A stretch of DNA of 64,000 bases from Rhodospirillales bacterium (GCA_026196105.1 JAPHRK010000002.1:12566-76565); one strand, 5' to 3'. Positions 52,381-63,435 are shown, numbered from the stretch's first letter. Translations and numbers: made by a program. Notes: generated from the letters alone by a model not told the origin.

Positions 52381-52573
52381 GTTGTGGCCCCCTTATATGA
52401 GATAAATCAAACCGTGATGTTTTAAGCAATTAGAGCGCAGAGTTTATGAGGTGCCCTAGCCCTCGTCAATTGAAGAACCACCGTTTTCTGGGGTTTTTTG
52501 CGTTTTTTTTTGGTTTTTGATGGGGATAAGTAAGATGAATTAAGAAAAATGACGAAAGATTACTCAATTTGAC

Positions 52574-52613
52574 AAAAAAAGCGTTGCTCTCCCTAGTGAA
52601 AGAGCAACGCTTT
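52574..52613 (-). terminator. Rho-independent terminator after lon
   Basis: 11-bp stem AGCGTTGCTCT / AGAGCAACGCT, followed on the minus strand by TTTTTTT. Confidence 0.85.
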
Positions 52614-52638
52614 ACAATTTTGTAGAGTCTTTTTTTAA

Positions 52639-55053
52639 TCAGTGCGTAAGGACTGTCTGATCATTTTCTTCTCCAGAAGCTTTCGCAACCGATTCGTCAA
52701 TTTTCTTTTCATCATCTTCGGTCCACTCGATCGGCACCAAAGGTGAAACAAGGGCGTGTTCTAAGACTTCATCTACAGTTTTAACTGGTATGATCTTCAT
52801 GCCACGCTTCACATTGTCAGGAATCTCCGCCAAGTCTTTCTCATTATCGGCTGGAATAAGCACTGTTTTAATTCCACCACGTAAAGCAGCTAACAGCTTT
52901 TCCTTCAACCCACCGATTGGGAAGACTCTTCCGCGTAAAGTAATCTCACCAGTCATGGCAATGTCTTTACGAACCGGAATTTCCGTAAGAACCGAAACAA
53001 TAGAGGTTACCATGCCAACACCGGCAGATGGACCGTCTTTTGGGGTTGCCCCTTCCGGAACGTGGACGTGAATATCTCTTTTATTAAAGATCGGGGGTTC
53101 AATGCCAAAATCCGTGGCCCGAGATTGAACATATGAGCGGGCAGCTTGAATAGATTCTTGCATCACTTCGCCAAGTTTACCGGTTACGGTCATCTTGCCT
53201 TTACCATGAAGCTTAACAGATTCGATGGAGAGCAACTCTCCTCCAACTTCTGTCCAAGCCAAGCCTGTAACAACACCGACCGCATCATCATCTTCAACTT
53301 CACCATAACGGAAGCGACGAACGCCTGCGTATTTGGCAAGGTTACGAGAGGTAACTTTGACTGCCGCATTCCCTTTAAGGAGAATTTCTTTCGTCGCTTT
53401 ACGGGTTAAGTTAGCAATTTCCCGCTCAAGGTTACGAACACCGGCTTCTCGAGTGTAATAACGAACGAGATCATAAAGGGCGCCATCAGAAATGGACCAT
53501 TCTTTTTGCTTCAAACCAGCGGCTTTAATATTCTTGCGAATTAAGTGGCGCTTAGCGATTTCAACTTTCTCGTCTTCCGTATAACCAGAAATACGAATGA
53601 TTTCCATACGATCCAAAAGTGGTTGTGCCATACGAAGGCTATTGGCAGTGGTCACAAACATCACATCTGACAGATCATAATCCACTTCGAGATAATGGTC
53701 GTTGAATGTGTTGTTTTGTTCTGGATCAAGCACTTCAAGCAAAGCAGAAGCCGGGTCGCCCCGCCAATCGTTACCCATTTTATCTACCTCATCGAGGAGA
53801 AACAGTGGGTTGGATGCTTTCGCTTTTTTCATACCCTGAATAACTTTGCCAGGCATAGATCCAATATAAGTCCGGCGGTGACCACGAATTTCAGATTCGT
53901 CCCGAACACCGCCAAGGGACATACGTACGAAATGACGCCCTGTTGCTTTACCAATGGATTTTCCAAGCGAGGTTTTACCTACACCTGGAGGACCAACGAG
54001 ACAAAGAATTGGGCCTTTAACTTTGCGCGTGCGTTGTTGAACGGCAAGATATTCTAAAATCCGTTCTTTGACTTTTTCCAATCCATAATGATCAGCATCC
54101 AAGATAGCTTTAGCGCTCCGAATGTCTTTATTCACCCGGCTCCGCTTTTTCCATGGAATACCCAGCATCCAATCAAGATAGTTACGAACAACTGTCGCTT
54201 CAGCTGACATCGGGCTCATGGACTTGAGTTTCTTCAACTCAGCGATACATTTTTCACGGGCTTCTTTTGAAAGTTTGGTCTTGGCAATAGATTCTTCAAT
54301 CTCTGCCGTTTCATCCTTACCTTCTTCAGTCTCACCGAGTTCTTTCTGAATAGCTTTGAGTTGTTCGTTAAGATAGTACTCCCGTTGGGTCTTCTCCATT
54401 TGCTTTTTGACCCGGGTACGAATCTTTTTCTCGACTTGAAGAACGCCGATCTCCCCTTCCATGAAGGCAAAAACACGTTCGAGACGTTCAGCGACACTAT
54501 TAATCTCAAGCAATTCCTGCTTTTCTGAGATTTTCAGAGCGAGATGGGATGCAACCGTATCAGCAAGTTTGCTCCAATCATCAATTTGATTGATTGAAAC
54601 TAAGACTTCCTGTGGAATTTTTTTATTCAGTTTAATATATTGTTCGAACTGAGTCACAACTGAGCGAGCGAGTGCTTCAAGCTCTTCGTTCTCACCGTCA
54701 TCTTCAAATATAACTTCAGCTTCCGCTTCAAAAAACTCTTCACGATCAGTGAACTTGCTGATAGTGGCGCGCTTACCGCCTTCAACCAGAACTTTTACAG
54801 TCCCATCAGGAAGTTTCAGCAATTGAAGAACGGTAGAAAGTGTACCGACTTCATAAATATCTTCCCGCCCAGGGTCATCTTGAGCCGCATTTTTTTGCGC
54901 CGCAAGAAGGATTTGTTTGTCATTTTTCATGACATCCTCAAGGGCCCGCACAGATTTATCACGCCCAACAAAAAGCGGCACGATCATGTGGGGAAAGACA
55001 ACAATATCTCTTAAGGGAAGTACCGGAAAAAGGTCTCCGCGATCAGTATCCAC
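52639..55053 (-). CDS. lon: ATP-dependent protease Lon (LonA)
   Basis: 804 aa with N-terminal LON domain, Walker [10 protein letters not shown] and catalytic PKDGPSAG. Confidence 0.97.
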   Translation of the reverse strand: MDTDRGDLFPVLPLRDIVVFPHMIVPLFVGRDKSVRALEDVMKNDKQILLAAQKNAAQDDPGREDIYEVGTLSTVLQLLKLPDGTVKVLVEGGKRATISKFTDREEFFEAEAEVIFEDDGENEELEALARSVVTQFEQYIKLNKKIPQEVLVSINQIDDWSKLADTVASHLALKISEKQELLEINSVAERLERVFAFMEGEIGVLQVEKKIRTRVKKQMEKTQREYYLNEQLKAIQKELGETEEGKDETAEIEESIAKTKLSKEAREKCIAELKKLKSMSPMSAEATVVRNYLDWMLGIPWKKRSRVNKDIRSAKAILDADHYGLEKVKERILEYLAVQQRTRKVKGPILCLVGPPGVGKTSLGKSIGKATGRHFVRMSLGGVRDESEIRGHRRTYIGSMPGKVIQGMKKAKASNPLFLLDEVDKMGNDWRGDPASALLEVLDPEQNNTFNDHYLEVDYDLSDVMFVTTANSLRMAQPLLDRMEIIRISGYTEDEKVEIAKRHLIRKNIKAAGLKQKEWSISDGALYDLVRYYTREAGVRNLEREIANLTRKATKEILLKGNAAVKVTSRNLAKYAGVRRFRYGEVEDDDAVGVVTGLAWTEVGGELLSIESVKLHGKGKMTVTGKLGEVMQESIQAARSYVQSRATDFGIEPPIFNKRDIHVHVPEGATPKDGPSAGVGMVTSIVSVLTEIPVRKDIAMTGEITLRGRVFPIGGLKEKLLAALRGGIKTVLIPADNEKDLAEIPDNVKRGMKIIPVKTVDEVLEHALVSPLVPIEWTEDDEKKIDESVAKASGEENDQTVLTH

Positions 55054-55126
55054 GTTTTTACCTCATTATATTTTATTTAAACGGCCCCGCGAGGCGGCAA
55101 CCGCACCAAAAACAATCATTAACCGT

Positions 55127-55156
55127 TAAATTGGCCCATCTTGTGTTTGATTCAAG
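55127..55156 (-). promoter_or_regulatory. Candidate RpoH (sigma32)-type heat-shock promoter for lon
   Basis: Minus strand reads CTTGAA-15 nt-GCCAATTTA. This compares with the alphaproteobacterial heat-shock consensus CTTG-N17/18-CYTATNT (6/7 in the -10 element). Sequence match only. Confidence 0.4.
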
Positions 55157-55220
55157 TAGCTAAACAATATTTACACCAGTTACTCACCCTTCGAAAGGAA
55201 GGAATAGGGTAAAAAGCATA

Positions 55221-55253
55221 AAAAAAGGCTCAATCCTTGATAGGACGAGCCTT
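55221..55253 (-). terminator. Rho-independent terminator after clpX
   Basis: Minus strand reads AAGGCTCGTCCT-atca-AGGATTGAGCCTT followed by TTTTTAT. Confidence 0.8.
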
Positions 55254-55280
55254 CTTAACAAAGTATGTGTAAAATAGCCT

Positions 55281-56546
55281 TTAAGCGCTATTTTCTACCT
55301 CTTCTTTTCGATCAGAATAAATATAGAGAGGTTTGCCACGACCTTCAGCAACTTCCTGGTTCACAACCACCTCTTCAACACCGTCTAAACCGGGAAGTTC
55401 GAACATGGTATCGAGCAAAATGCTTTCCATAATGGAGCGCAATCCGCGAGCACCGGTTTTTCTATCAACGGCTTTTGTGGCAATTGAACCAAGAGCGTCA
55501 TCTGAGAATTGAAGTTGAACATCTTCCATATCGAAAAGACGTTCGTATTGTTTAACCAAAGCGTTTTTAGGTTCGGTCAAAATTTTAATCAGGGCTTCTT
55601 CATCCAACTCTTCAAGAGTTGCAATAACAGGCAAACGACCAACAAATTCTGGGATCAAACCAAATTTGAGCAGGTCTTCTGGTTCAATTTCTTTAAGTAG
55701 ATCACCAATCGTACGTTCGTCAGGGGTTTGAACGTCTGCACCAAACCCGATGGAGGCACCCTTCCCTCTTTGACCAATGATTTTATCTAGGCCAGCAAAA
55801 GCACCGCCAACGATAAAGAGGATATTGGTGGTATCAACTTGAAGAAATTCTTGTTGAGGGTGCTTACGACCGCCTTGAGGGGGAACGCTGGCAACTGTGC
55901 CTTCCATGATTTTTAGCAAAGCCTGTTGAACACCTTCACCGGAAACGTCCCGAGTGATAGAAGGGTTGTCAGATTTGCGTGAAATCTTATCGACCTCATC
56001 AATGTAAACGATGCCCCGTTGGGCCCGTTCTACATTGTAGTCTGCTGATTGAAGCAATTTAAGGATGATGTTTTCAACATCTTCACCAACATACCCTGCT
56101 TCAGTCAAGGTGGTGGCATCAGCCATGGTGAAGGGAACATCAAGTATACGGGCTAATGTTTGCGCCAAGAGGGTTTTACCGCAACCTGTCGGACCAATAA
56201 GTAGAATATTTGATTTAGCAAGTTCAACATCACTGGCTTTGCTGCTGTGATTTAAGCGCTTGTAGTGATTGTGAACAGCGACGGATAGGACTCGTTTCGC
56301 GTGAGCCTGCCCAATAACGTAATCTTGCAGAACTTCAAAAATCTCCAGAGGCGTCGGTACACCATCAGATGATTTAACCAGATTGGTTTTATGTTCTTCG
56401 CGGATAATATCCATGCATAGCTCAACGCATTCATCACAAATGAATACAGTCGGCCCGGCAATTAACTTACGCACCTCGTGCTGGCTCTTCCCGCAGAATG
56501 AGCAATAAAGTGTGTTTTTTGAATCACCGCCTGTAGCTTTAGTCAT
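55281..56546 (-). CDS. clpX: ATP-dependent Clp protease ATP-binding subunit ClpX
   Basis: N-terminal zinc finger CSFCGK...CDEC and Walker A GPTGCGKT; 421 aa. Confidence 0.97.
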   Translation of the reverse strand: MTKATGGDSKNTLYCSFCGKSQHEVRKLIAGPTVFICDECVELCMDIIREEHKTNLVKSSDGVPTPLEIFEVLQDYVIGQAHAKRVLSVAVHNHYKRLNHSSKASDVELAKSNILLIGPTGCGKTLLAQTLARILDVPFTMADATTLTEAGYVGEDVENIILKLLQSADYNVERAQRGIVYIDEVDKISRKSDNPSITRDVSGEGVQQALLKIMEGTVASVPPQGGRKHPQQEFLQVDTTNILFIVGGAFAGLDKIIGQRGKGASIGFGADVQTPDERTIGDLLKEIEPEDLLKFGLIPEFVGRLPVIATLEELDEEALIKILTEPKNALVKQYERLFDMEDVQLQFSDDALGSIATKAVDRKTGARGLRSIMESILLDTMFELPGLDGVEEVVVNQEVAEGRGKPLYIYSDRKEEVENSA

Positions 56547-56685
56547 TATTCCTCCGCGAAGGGGGTAAGAGATTTTTGTCTATGTTAGCCGTATGATAGC
56601 TTTGCATACAATAAAAAAGCATTTGTAAACGAACCGTGTAGAAAACTCTAAATTTTTCTACACTGCTAAGTTTAGCACTTAGGCA

Positions 56686-57342
56686 CTAGTCTTTATCTTT
56701 GCCAGCTTTCTCTTCATCACCGTCTTCATCTGCCTCAGGACGGCTCGCTACAACTTCATCAACAATCCCAAAATCGACTGATTCTTCAGAGGTCATAAAG
56801 CTATCGCGTTCAACAGCTTTCTCAATAACATCAAGCTTTTGGCCTGTATGTTGAACATAAATATCGTTCAAGCGTGCCCGGATCGCCAAAATCTCTCTGG
56901 CTTGAATTTCAATGTCAGTTGCCTGGCCTTGAGCACCACCAGAAGGTTGGTGAATCATGACCCGGGCATTAGGAAGGATATAACGCTTTCCTGCCGCTCC
57001 AGCAGCCAATAAAAGTGACCCCATTGATGCGGCCTGGCCGATACAAACAGTCGAAACTTGGGGACGGATGTACTGCATGGTGTCATAAATTGCCATGCCA
57101 GAAGTCACAACACCCCCTGGAGAATTGATATAGAAGGAGATATCTTTGTCAGGATTTTCAGCTTCAAGGAAAAGAAGCTGGGCACAGATTACGCTGGCAA
57201 CGTGGTCATTGACACCACCTGTCAGAAAAATAATCCGCTCTTTTAAGAGGCGCGAATAAATGTCGTACGATCGCTCACCGCGATTTGTGGTCTCAACGAC
57301 CATAGGGATCAAAGAATTCATCTTAATATCCGCTGCATTCAT
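56686..57342 (-). CDS. clpP: ATP-dependent Clp protease proteolytic subunit, with an acidic C-terminal tail
   Basis: Catalytic GQAASMGS (Ser), MIHQP (His) and RD (Asp). AAGGAAG Shine-Dalgarno before ATG 57342. The tail is [18 protein letters not shown]. Confidence 0.96.
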   Translation of the reverse strand: MNAADIKMNSLIPMVVETTNRGERSYDIYSRLLKERIIFLTGGVNDHVASVICAQLLFLEAENPDKDISFYINSPGGVVTSGMAIYDTMQYIRPQVSTVCIGQAASMGSLLLAAGAAGKRYILPNARVMIHQPSGGAQGQATDIEIQAREILAIRARLNDIYVQHTGQKLDVIEKAVERDSFMTSEESVDFGIVDEVVASRPEADEDGDEEKAGKDKD

Positions 57343-57361
57343 TCCGTCCGCTTCCTTTCTT

Positions 57362-57392
57362 TAAAAAGCGGAAGGGCGATTTACGCCCTTCC
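57362..57392 (-). terminator. Rho-independent terminator after tig
   Basis: 9-bp stem GGAAGGGCG / CGCCCTTCC with a 5-nt loop, followed on the minus strand by GCTTTTT. It ends about 20 nt upstream of the clpP ATG. Confidence 0.8.
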
Positions 57393-57400
57393 CTGATATT

Positions 57401-58831
57401 CTACTCTTCTTTCTTCGCTGCTGCTTTTTTAGCAGCCGGCTTTTTTGCAGGTGCTTTTTTAGCAGCTGGCTTTTTAGCCGCAGCTTTTTTCTTAGGCTTA
57501 GCGTCTTCGTCAGGATCTTTCATAAGTTCCTCAACGGAAACAACCTTGTCTTTTACTTTGGCAAGCTCAACGATGTAATCAACTACTTTATCTTCGAGCA
57601 GAGGACCACGTAGAGATTCTCTGGCTTCTTGATTGCTCTGATAGAACTCAAAAACTTGCTTCTCCTGACCAGGATAACGGCGGGCTTCATTCATGATGCC
57701 GCGGTTAATTTCATCCTGTGTCACCTCAATATCATTTAGGCGACCAACCTCAGAAAGGAAGAGTGCGAGACGAACACGGCGCTGTGCGAGGGCCTGGTAT
57801 TCTTCTTTGAGTTCATCATCGCTCTTGTCTTTGTCCGACGGATCAAGCTGGTCTGGATTGTTCTCTTTGGTATCTTGAAGCTGCTTCCAAATACCTTCGA
57901 ATTCTTGATCAACTAGCCCTTGAGGTAGATCAAAACCATGCTTTTCGATCAGAATGTCAAACAGGACTTTCTTCATACGCATGCGAGAAACGCCTTCATA
58001 CTCACGGCCTTGCTCTTCTTTGAGCGCTTCCTTGAGTTTGTCGAGGTTCTCTAGACCCATTTTCACAGCAAGGTCGTCATCAATTTTACCGGGAACCCCT
58101 TCGCGAAGTTCTTTAACCGTCACAGCGAAGACTGCATCTTTGCCAGCAAGATCTTCAGAACCATACTCATCAGGGAACTTAACTTTAGCTTCAAGCTTGT
58201 CACCAGCTTTAGCGCCAATCACTTGCTCTTCAAAGCCGGGAATGAACTGACCTGAGCCGAGTTCAAGCTGATAGTCATCAGCTTTTCCGCCAGAGAATTC
58301 TTCACCATCAATACTACCGACAAAATCGATAACGACGAAGTCACCTTTTTTGCTTTTGCGGTTGGAAGTTACAGCATTGGTTTCTTTATTGACGTCGGCA
58401 AGGCGTTGCAGGCCTTCCTCAATCTCACTATCAGCGATTTCTACTTTCAATCTTTCCAGAGAAAGTTTGGAGAAATCGGTAGGTTCAAACTCAGGGAATT
58501 TCTCAACGGCCATGGTATATTCCAGGTCGGAGCCTTCCTCAAATTTAGTAACTTCGATTTTAGGCATCATGGCAGGGCGAATATCACGCTCTTTCATAAT
58601 ATCCTGAGATGATTCGTTAACCATCTTCTCAAGAATTTCACCCATGACGGATTGGCCGTACTGCTTACGAAGCAAGCTTACGGGAACTTTTCCGGGACGG
58701 AAGCCTGGCATACGGATGGTCTTTTTGACCTCCTCAAGGCGAGTCACGATTGCTGTTTCAATATCACTTGCTGGAACGGTTACGGTGAAGTCCAGTCTTA
58801 AGCCTTCTGCGTTGGTCTCGGTTACCTGCAT
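57401..58831 (-). CDS. tig: Trigger factor, with a C-terminal Ala/Lys/Pro-rich tail
   Basis: MQVTETNAEGLRLDFTVTVPA... from the first ATG at 58831 (the track start is TTG at 58852), plus a central FKBP domain. The last ~38 aa are DPDEDAKPKKKAAAKKPAAKKAPAKKPAAKKAAAKKEE. Confidence 0.95.
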   Translation of the reverse strand: MQVTETNAEGLRLDFTVTVPASDIETAIVTRLEEVKKTIRMPGFRPGKVPVSLLRKQYGQSVMGEILEKMVNESSQDIMKERDIRPAMMPKIEVTKFEEGSDLEYTMAVEKFPEFEPTDFSKLSLERLKVEIADSEIEEGLQRLADVNKETNAVTSNRKSKKGDFVVIDFVGSIDGEEFSGGKADDYQLELGSGQFIPGFEEQVIGAKAGDKLEAKVKFPDEYGSEDLAGKDAVFAVTVKELREGVPGKIDDDLAVKMGLENLDKLKEALKEEQGREYEGVSRMRMKKVLFDILIEKHGFDLPQGLVDQEFEGIWKQLQDTKENNPDQLDPSDKDKSDDELKEEYQALAQRRVRLALFLSEVGRLNDIEVTQDEINRGIMNEARRYPGQEKQVFEFYQSNQEARESLRGPLLEDKVVDYIVELAKVKDKVVSVEELMKDPDEDAKPKKKAAAKKPAAKKAPAKKPAAKKAAAKKEE

Positions 58832-58915
58832 GGTAATCTCTGTCACTATCAAATAAATTTTTTAAGGGTAATGTCGGCGCTTCTATAAAAGCTTCGACAA
58901 ACTAAACGTATTAAT

Positions 58916-59000
58916 TGGTGCGGGCGGAGGGACTTGAACCCCCACGAATTTCTCCACTGGTACCTAAAACCAGCGCGTCTACCAATTCCGCCACGCCCGC
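58916..59000 (-). tRNA. tRNA-Leu (anticodon UAG), 85 nt, long variable arm, CCA encoded
   Basis: Reverse complement: GCGGGCGTGGCGGAATTGGTAGACGCGCTGGTTTTAGGTACCAGTGGAGAAATTCGTGGGGGTTCAAGTCCCTCCGCCCGCACCA. The anticodon loop is TTTAGGT. Confidence 0.92.
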
Positions 59001-59110
59001 ACTCTCATTAAAACCAGTATTTTCATACCGGGCCGCAACATTATACAAAGCACTTCCCGTGTCAATCTATATCATTGGGTTTATTTCAAAGGCCTCTATC
59101 CCTCAGTAAC

Positions 59111-60517
59111 TCAGCCTTTTACAAGGGCTTTAAAGGATGATGACTCCTTAACCACGCCTCGACCTGAGTAAGCTTCGTGGTTGGAATCTATTTCTCGAAG
59201 CTTGTAGCGATAATTAATCATCATACCAGCTGACTGTTTTATGCCATTGTCTGAAATGTCAGCTAGCCAGTTTAAACGCTCCATTCTTGCCCCATTTGTC
59301 AGATGAAAATGGGCCACAGGGTCCATAGCTCTCCCCTTTCCTCTTTTTTCCTTCACCAGATAACGAGCGCAAAGCCTCATAAGGATGTGTTGCAGAGCAG
59401 TCGTTACTTCAGGGTTTTTATACCAGTCCTCAAGTTCTAGAACCGCCTTTAATGACCCTTTTGATCCTGGCGAAACGTTCAAGCTTTTGAGAACATCCCT
59501 CTCCTTATTAAGAAGTAATTTTGGATCACCTTCGGCCAAGACCTTGTCTAACCAGCGCCTAAAGCCTGGAACAGGTGACAAAGTGGCAAAATTGTTGAGG
59601 TTTGGAAAATCTCGAGAGAGGTGATCAACCACTTTCTTAATCAAGAAATTACCGAAACTAATTCCCCCTAACCCTTGTTGAGCATTAGATATCGAATAGA
59701 AAATCGCCGTATCTGCCTGAGTAGGATCAAGCACCGGGGCTTCTTCATCAAGCAAGGTATGAACGTTACCGCTCATGCCTGTTACCAAAGCAACCTCAAC
59801 AAATATTAAAGGTTCATCTGGCATCCGAGGATGGAAAAAAGCAAAACAACGGCGGTCCGAATCAAGTCGGTTTTTAAGGTCATCCCAACTTTGAATGGCA
59901 TGTACCGCTTCGTAGGCAATTAGTTTTTCTAATAATTCAGCAGGAGAATTCCAGGTAATACGCCTGAGCTCCAGAAAACCTACATCAAACCAACTAATCA
60001 GCAAATCTTTTAAATCATGTTCAAGGGCTTTGATTTCTTTATCTTTTTTGCTTAGCCCTAAGAGTTCTGCCCGCATATCAACAAGAAACTTCACTCCATC
60101 AGGCAAAGCATTAAACTGGGTTAAAAGACGGTGACGCGGAGCAATCAGGGCTTTTTTTAGCTCTTTTTCAGCAGCTTCCCGATTATCTTCATCTGCATCA
60201 ATTAATTTTTGAGCTGCAGCATCAATTTTCTCTTTATCAGGTCCGAAATCCTTAGCCATGATTGAGAGAAAACGCTCTCGACCTGTGTCATCAAGGGCTA
60301 AATAAGCTCGGCCAAGTTGTGCCGCACGCCCCCTAGCAGAAACCTCACCGCCAACTCCTTGCAGGCAGGCATTCATTTGTTCTTTAAGAAGTTTTGTTTC
60401 AGATTCTGGGAGTTCTGGGCTTAATACCAATTCCCCCACGTCGCTTCCCGGAGCCGTAATCTCCCTCCAGGCATTTTTTAAACGCCCGAGAATCCCCAAC
60501 CCAGATTGCTCATCCAT
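59111..60517 (-). CDS. Malonyl-CoA decarboxylase
   Basis: 468 aa with FFHPRMPDEPLIFVEVAL and FATLSPVPGFRRWL, typical of the MCD family. Confidence 0.85.
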   Translation of the reverse strand: MDEQSGLGILGRLKNAWREITAPGSDVGELVLSPELPESETKLLKEQMNACLQGVGGEVSARGRAAQLGRAYLALDDTGRERFLSIMAKDFGPDKEKIDAAAQKLIDADEDNREAAEKELKKALIAPRHRLLTQFNALPDGVKFLVDMRAELLGLSKKDKEIKALEHDLKDLLISWFDVGFLELRRITWNSPAELLEKLIAYEAVHAIQSWDDLKNRLDSDRRCFAFFHPRMPDEPLIFVEVALVTGMSGNVHTLLDEEAPVLDPTQADTAIFYSISNAQQGLGGISFGNFLIKKVVDHLSRDFPNLNNFATLSPVPGFRRWLDKVLAEGDPKLLLNKERDVLKSLNVSPGSKGSLKAVLELEDWYKNPEVTTALQHILMRLCARYLVKEKRGKGRAMDPVAHFHLTNGARMERLNWLADISDNGIKQSAGMMINYRYKLREIDSNHEAYSGRGVVKESSSFKALVKG

Positions 60518-60523
60518 TTAGCT

Positions 60524-61987
60524 TTACTCCACCTCAAAAAAACTGCTCAAAATCATAGGGACCTGTTCTGGAATATCTTCTGCTATAAGCCCTGCCCCAA
60601 CTGCAGCACCAGCGGCTCCGTGTATCCAGGCCGCAGCACATGCAGCTTCATATAACTCCATTCCTTGAGCAATCAATCCTGCAGCAAATCCGGCAAGGAC
60701 ATCTCCACTTCCCCCGGTAGCTAAGTTTGGGGTGGCATTATAATTAATCGCAACCCTGCCATCAGGGGCTGCAATTACTGTGTCTGCACCTTTGAGCAAA
60801 ATAACAGCCCCGCTTATTAAAGCTGCCTTTCTCGCTCGCGTTACTTTGTCACCTGTGTAATCAAAAAGACGAGCAAATTCCCCTTCATGGGGCGTTAATA
60901 GAGTGGGGTCTTCAATTCCAGAAATTAAATCCTCAACTCGATCTTCAAATACAGATAAAGCATCGGCATCTAACACACAGGATTGGGGACCTCTTAATGC
61001 CGTCATCACCATAGCTTCAGTCTCAGGACTAACGCCTGCACCAGGACCAACAAGAGAAACATTCTTGCGGCTATCTTCAAGCAAGATAGCCAAATCACTC
61101 GAATTTTTAACGGGATGAAGAATATTCCCGGGATCATCCGTGCCGTAAAAGGGCAAAGTTTCGCTAGGACAAGCGATTGTCAACAACCCAACCCCAATTC
61201 TTCGTGCGCCTCTTGCCGCTAATCGAGCAGCCCCTGTGAGTTTATCTCCCCCCAAGATTACAAGATGACCTCTTGAATATTTATGGTCATGAGCTTGCGC
61301 TATAGGAAGCTTATCGAGCCAGATTTCAGGGGTATTGAGAAAAGTTCTGGATTTGACTTCCTCAAGAGCGTCTTCAGGTATACCGATATCTGCAACAACG
61401 AGTTCCCCTCTCTGGCTTCTCCCTGGTAATAGAAAATGTCCAGGTTTAGCCCTGAAAAAAGTAATTGTAAGGTCAGCTTGAACTGCGGCCCCAAAAACCC
61501 GCCCTGTATCCCCACTGATGCCACTTGGAACATCAACGGAAACCACCTCAACATCGGCTTCATTAAGGGCCGTAATCATCTTGCGACACGTCCCTTCAAC
61601 AGGGCGTGAAAGGCCAGCCCCTAAAATGGCATCGATAACAAGATCAGCTCCTTCAATCACTTGCTCAGAAAAGGGAAGAACTTCGCCTTTCCACCGCTGC
61701 CAATTGATAGCGAGATCATCAGATGCATTCTCTAATGTGTCGAGTGCCGCAACTTTTACCGCCCACCCTTGTTCTTGTAGCTGTCTCGCAACGACAAAAC
61801 CGTCGCCACCGTTATTTCCAGGCCCACAAAGAACAACAACCCGACAAGGATAGTAACGGGTTTTTATTTCACGAGTAATAGCTCGCCCCGCAGATTCCAT
61901 CAAATCTAAGCTCGGGATACCGTTTTCAGTAGCAAAGGCGTCTGCCTTGTACATATTTTGAACGGAAAGTAAGACACTATTATTCAT
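60524..61987 (-). CDS. nnr: Bifunctional NAD(P)H-hydrate repair enzyme (epimerase plus ADP-dependent dehydratase)
   Basis: N-terminal YjeF_N motif GPGNNGGDG and a C-terminal carbohydrate-kinase-like domain with GGSGDVLAG; 487 aa. Confidence 0.9.
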   Translation of the reverse strand: MNNSVLLSVQNMYKADAFATENGIPSLDLMESAGRAITREIKTRYYPCRVVVLCGPGNNGGDGFVVARQLQEQGWAVKVAALDTLENASDDLAINWQRWKGEVLPFSEQVIEGADLVIDAILGAGLSRPVEGTCRKMITALNEADVEVVSVDVPSGISGDTGRVFGAAVQADLTITFFRAKPGHFLLPGRSQRGELVVADIGIPEDALEEVKSRTFLNTPEIWLDKLPIAQAHDHKYSRGHLVILGGDKLTGAARLAARGARRIGVGLLTIACPSETLPFYGTDDPGNILHPVKNSSDLAILLEDSRKNVSLVGPGAGVSPETEAMVMTALRGPQSCVLDADALSVFEDRVEDLISGIEDPTLLTPHEGEFARLFDYTGDKVTRARKAALISGAVILLKGADTVIAAPDGRVAINYNATPNLATGGSGDVLAGFAAGLIAQGMELYEAACAAAWIHGAAGAAVGAGLIAEDIPEQVPMILSSFFEVE

Positions 61988-62108
61988 TTTTAACCCCTGA
62001 ATACATTCACCAAGTCACTCTCTTAAAATTATTATGTGACAGAGTTGGCATAATCATCTCTAGCACACTATAAAGCTCTGACGTAAAGAGAAAAGGGAGC
62101 TTTTGGTA

Positions 62109-63359
62109 GTGAAGATTATTGTTCTGGGAGCCGGTGTAATAGGCGTCACCACAGCATACTTCCTCAACAAAGAGGGGCATGAGGTCACTCTAATAGACCG
62201 TCAGCCTGGGGTTGGGCTTGAGACCAGCTTTGCTAATGGCGGGCAAGTTTCTGTCAGTCATGCTGAGCCCTGGGCAAACCCATCGGTGATTGGAAAAGCT
62301 CTTCACTGGCTCGGCAAAGAGAATGCCCCCCTCCTTTTTCGCGCGAGACTAGATCCGACACTCTGGGCCTGGACCCTCCGATTCTTACGTAACTGCACGG
62401 CCGGAAGAGCGAAGATAAACACAGAGCGGACACTTCGTGTCGCAGAATATAGTCGAACAGTCCTTCAGAAAGTTCGTCACGAAACTGGTATTAATTACGA
62501 TCAAAAAACCAAAGGGATTCTTCATGTTTACCGAAGCTCCAAAGAATATGAATCTGCTTTAAGTTCAGCAGAAATTATGAAGAATTTTGGTTTTGATCGT
62601 CGACCGTTTACCCCCCAAGAATGTGTCGATCTTGACCCAGCTTTTGCAGCCTCACAAAAACAACTTGTTGGTGCCCTTTACAGCCCAGAAGATGAAAGCG
62701 GCGACGCACACATTTTCACCAAATCTCTTGCTGAAAAATGTTCTGACAAAGGTGTTAATTTCAACTTAGGTACACTCATCCAACAGCTTGAATTTTCTGA
62801 TGGAAAAATTACGGCCGTCATTACTGACAAAGGGCGATTTGAGGCTGATAAGTTTGTCGTTTGTATGGGGAGTTATAGCCCCCTTCTCGTTAAGCCTTTG
62901 GGCCTAAAGTTACCTATTTACCCTGCCAAAGGATACTCTGTTACCATTCCAGTTAGCAGCCATAAAGGGGCTCCTGAAGTCAGTTTGACAGATGATGAAT
63001 ACAAGCTTGTTTACAGTCGTTTAGGAGAAAGGTTGCGAGTGGCAGGAACAGCAGAATTTGCTGGCTACAACACAGAAATCAACAATAACAGAGCAAGAAA
63101 TATTCTTGAACTCGCTATGGGTATGTTCCCTGATTGTGGAGAAGCAGATAAAGCTGAATTTTGGGCTGGTTTAAGGCCCAAAACACCAGATAGCGTTCCC
63201 ATAATTGCAGGACCTATTTTCAAAAACTTATACCTCAACACAGGTCACGGTACATTAGGTTGGACGATGAGCTGTGGTTCTGGACAGATATTAGCTGATT
63301 TGATCAATAATAAAAAACCGGAGATTTCTCTCGAGGGGCTCGGACTAGATCGTTTCTAA
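62109..63359 (+). CDS. dadA: D-amino-acid dehydrogenase (FAD-dependent oxidoreductase, DadA family)
   Basis: N-terminal Rossmann motif KIIVLGAGVIGVTTAYFL...EVTLIDR and C-terminal NTGHGTLGWT. GTG at 62109 lies 9 nt after a GGGAG Shine-Dalgarno; the track start is TTG at 62103. Confidence 0.82.
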   Translation: MKIIVLGAGVIGVTTAYFLNKEGHEVTLIDRQPGVGLETSFANGGQVSVSHAEPWANPSVIGKALHWLGKENAPLLFRARLDPTLWAWTLRFLRNCTAGRAKINTERTLRVAEYSRTVLQKVRHETGINYDQKTKGILHVYRSSKEYESALSSAEIMKNFGFDRRPFTPQECVDLDPAFAASQKQLVGALYSPEDESGDAHIFTKSLAEKCSDKGVNFNLGTLIQQLEFSDGKITAVITDKGRFEADKFVVCMGSYSPLLVKPLGLKLPIYPAKGYSVTIPVSSHKGAPEVSLTDDEYKLVYSRLGERLRVAGTAEFAGYNTEINNNRARNILELAMGMFPDCGEADKAEFWAGLRPKTPDSVPIIAGPIFKNLYLNTGHGTLGWTMSCGSGQILADLINNKKPEISLEGLGLDRF

Positions 63360-63435
63360 ATATAAATTCTTTATTTTTGAAACAAATAAGCGTAATCTTT
63401 GTTAAATTGTGCAGCGCAGCATTGGAGTCCGTTTC

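Noticed and set aside
57413-57495. Short tandem DNA repeats (gcttttttagcagc...), considered as a possible CRISPR or VNTR-like array.
   Set aside because: They lie in frame inside the tig coding region and encode the AKKP tail. There is no repeat-spacer architecture, and I saw no CRISPR array anywhere in the window.
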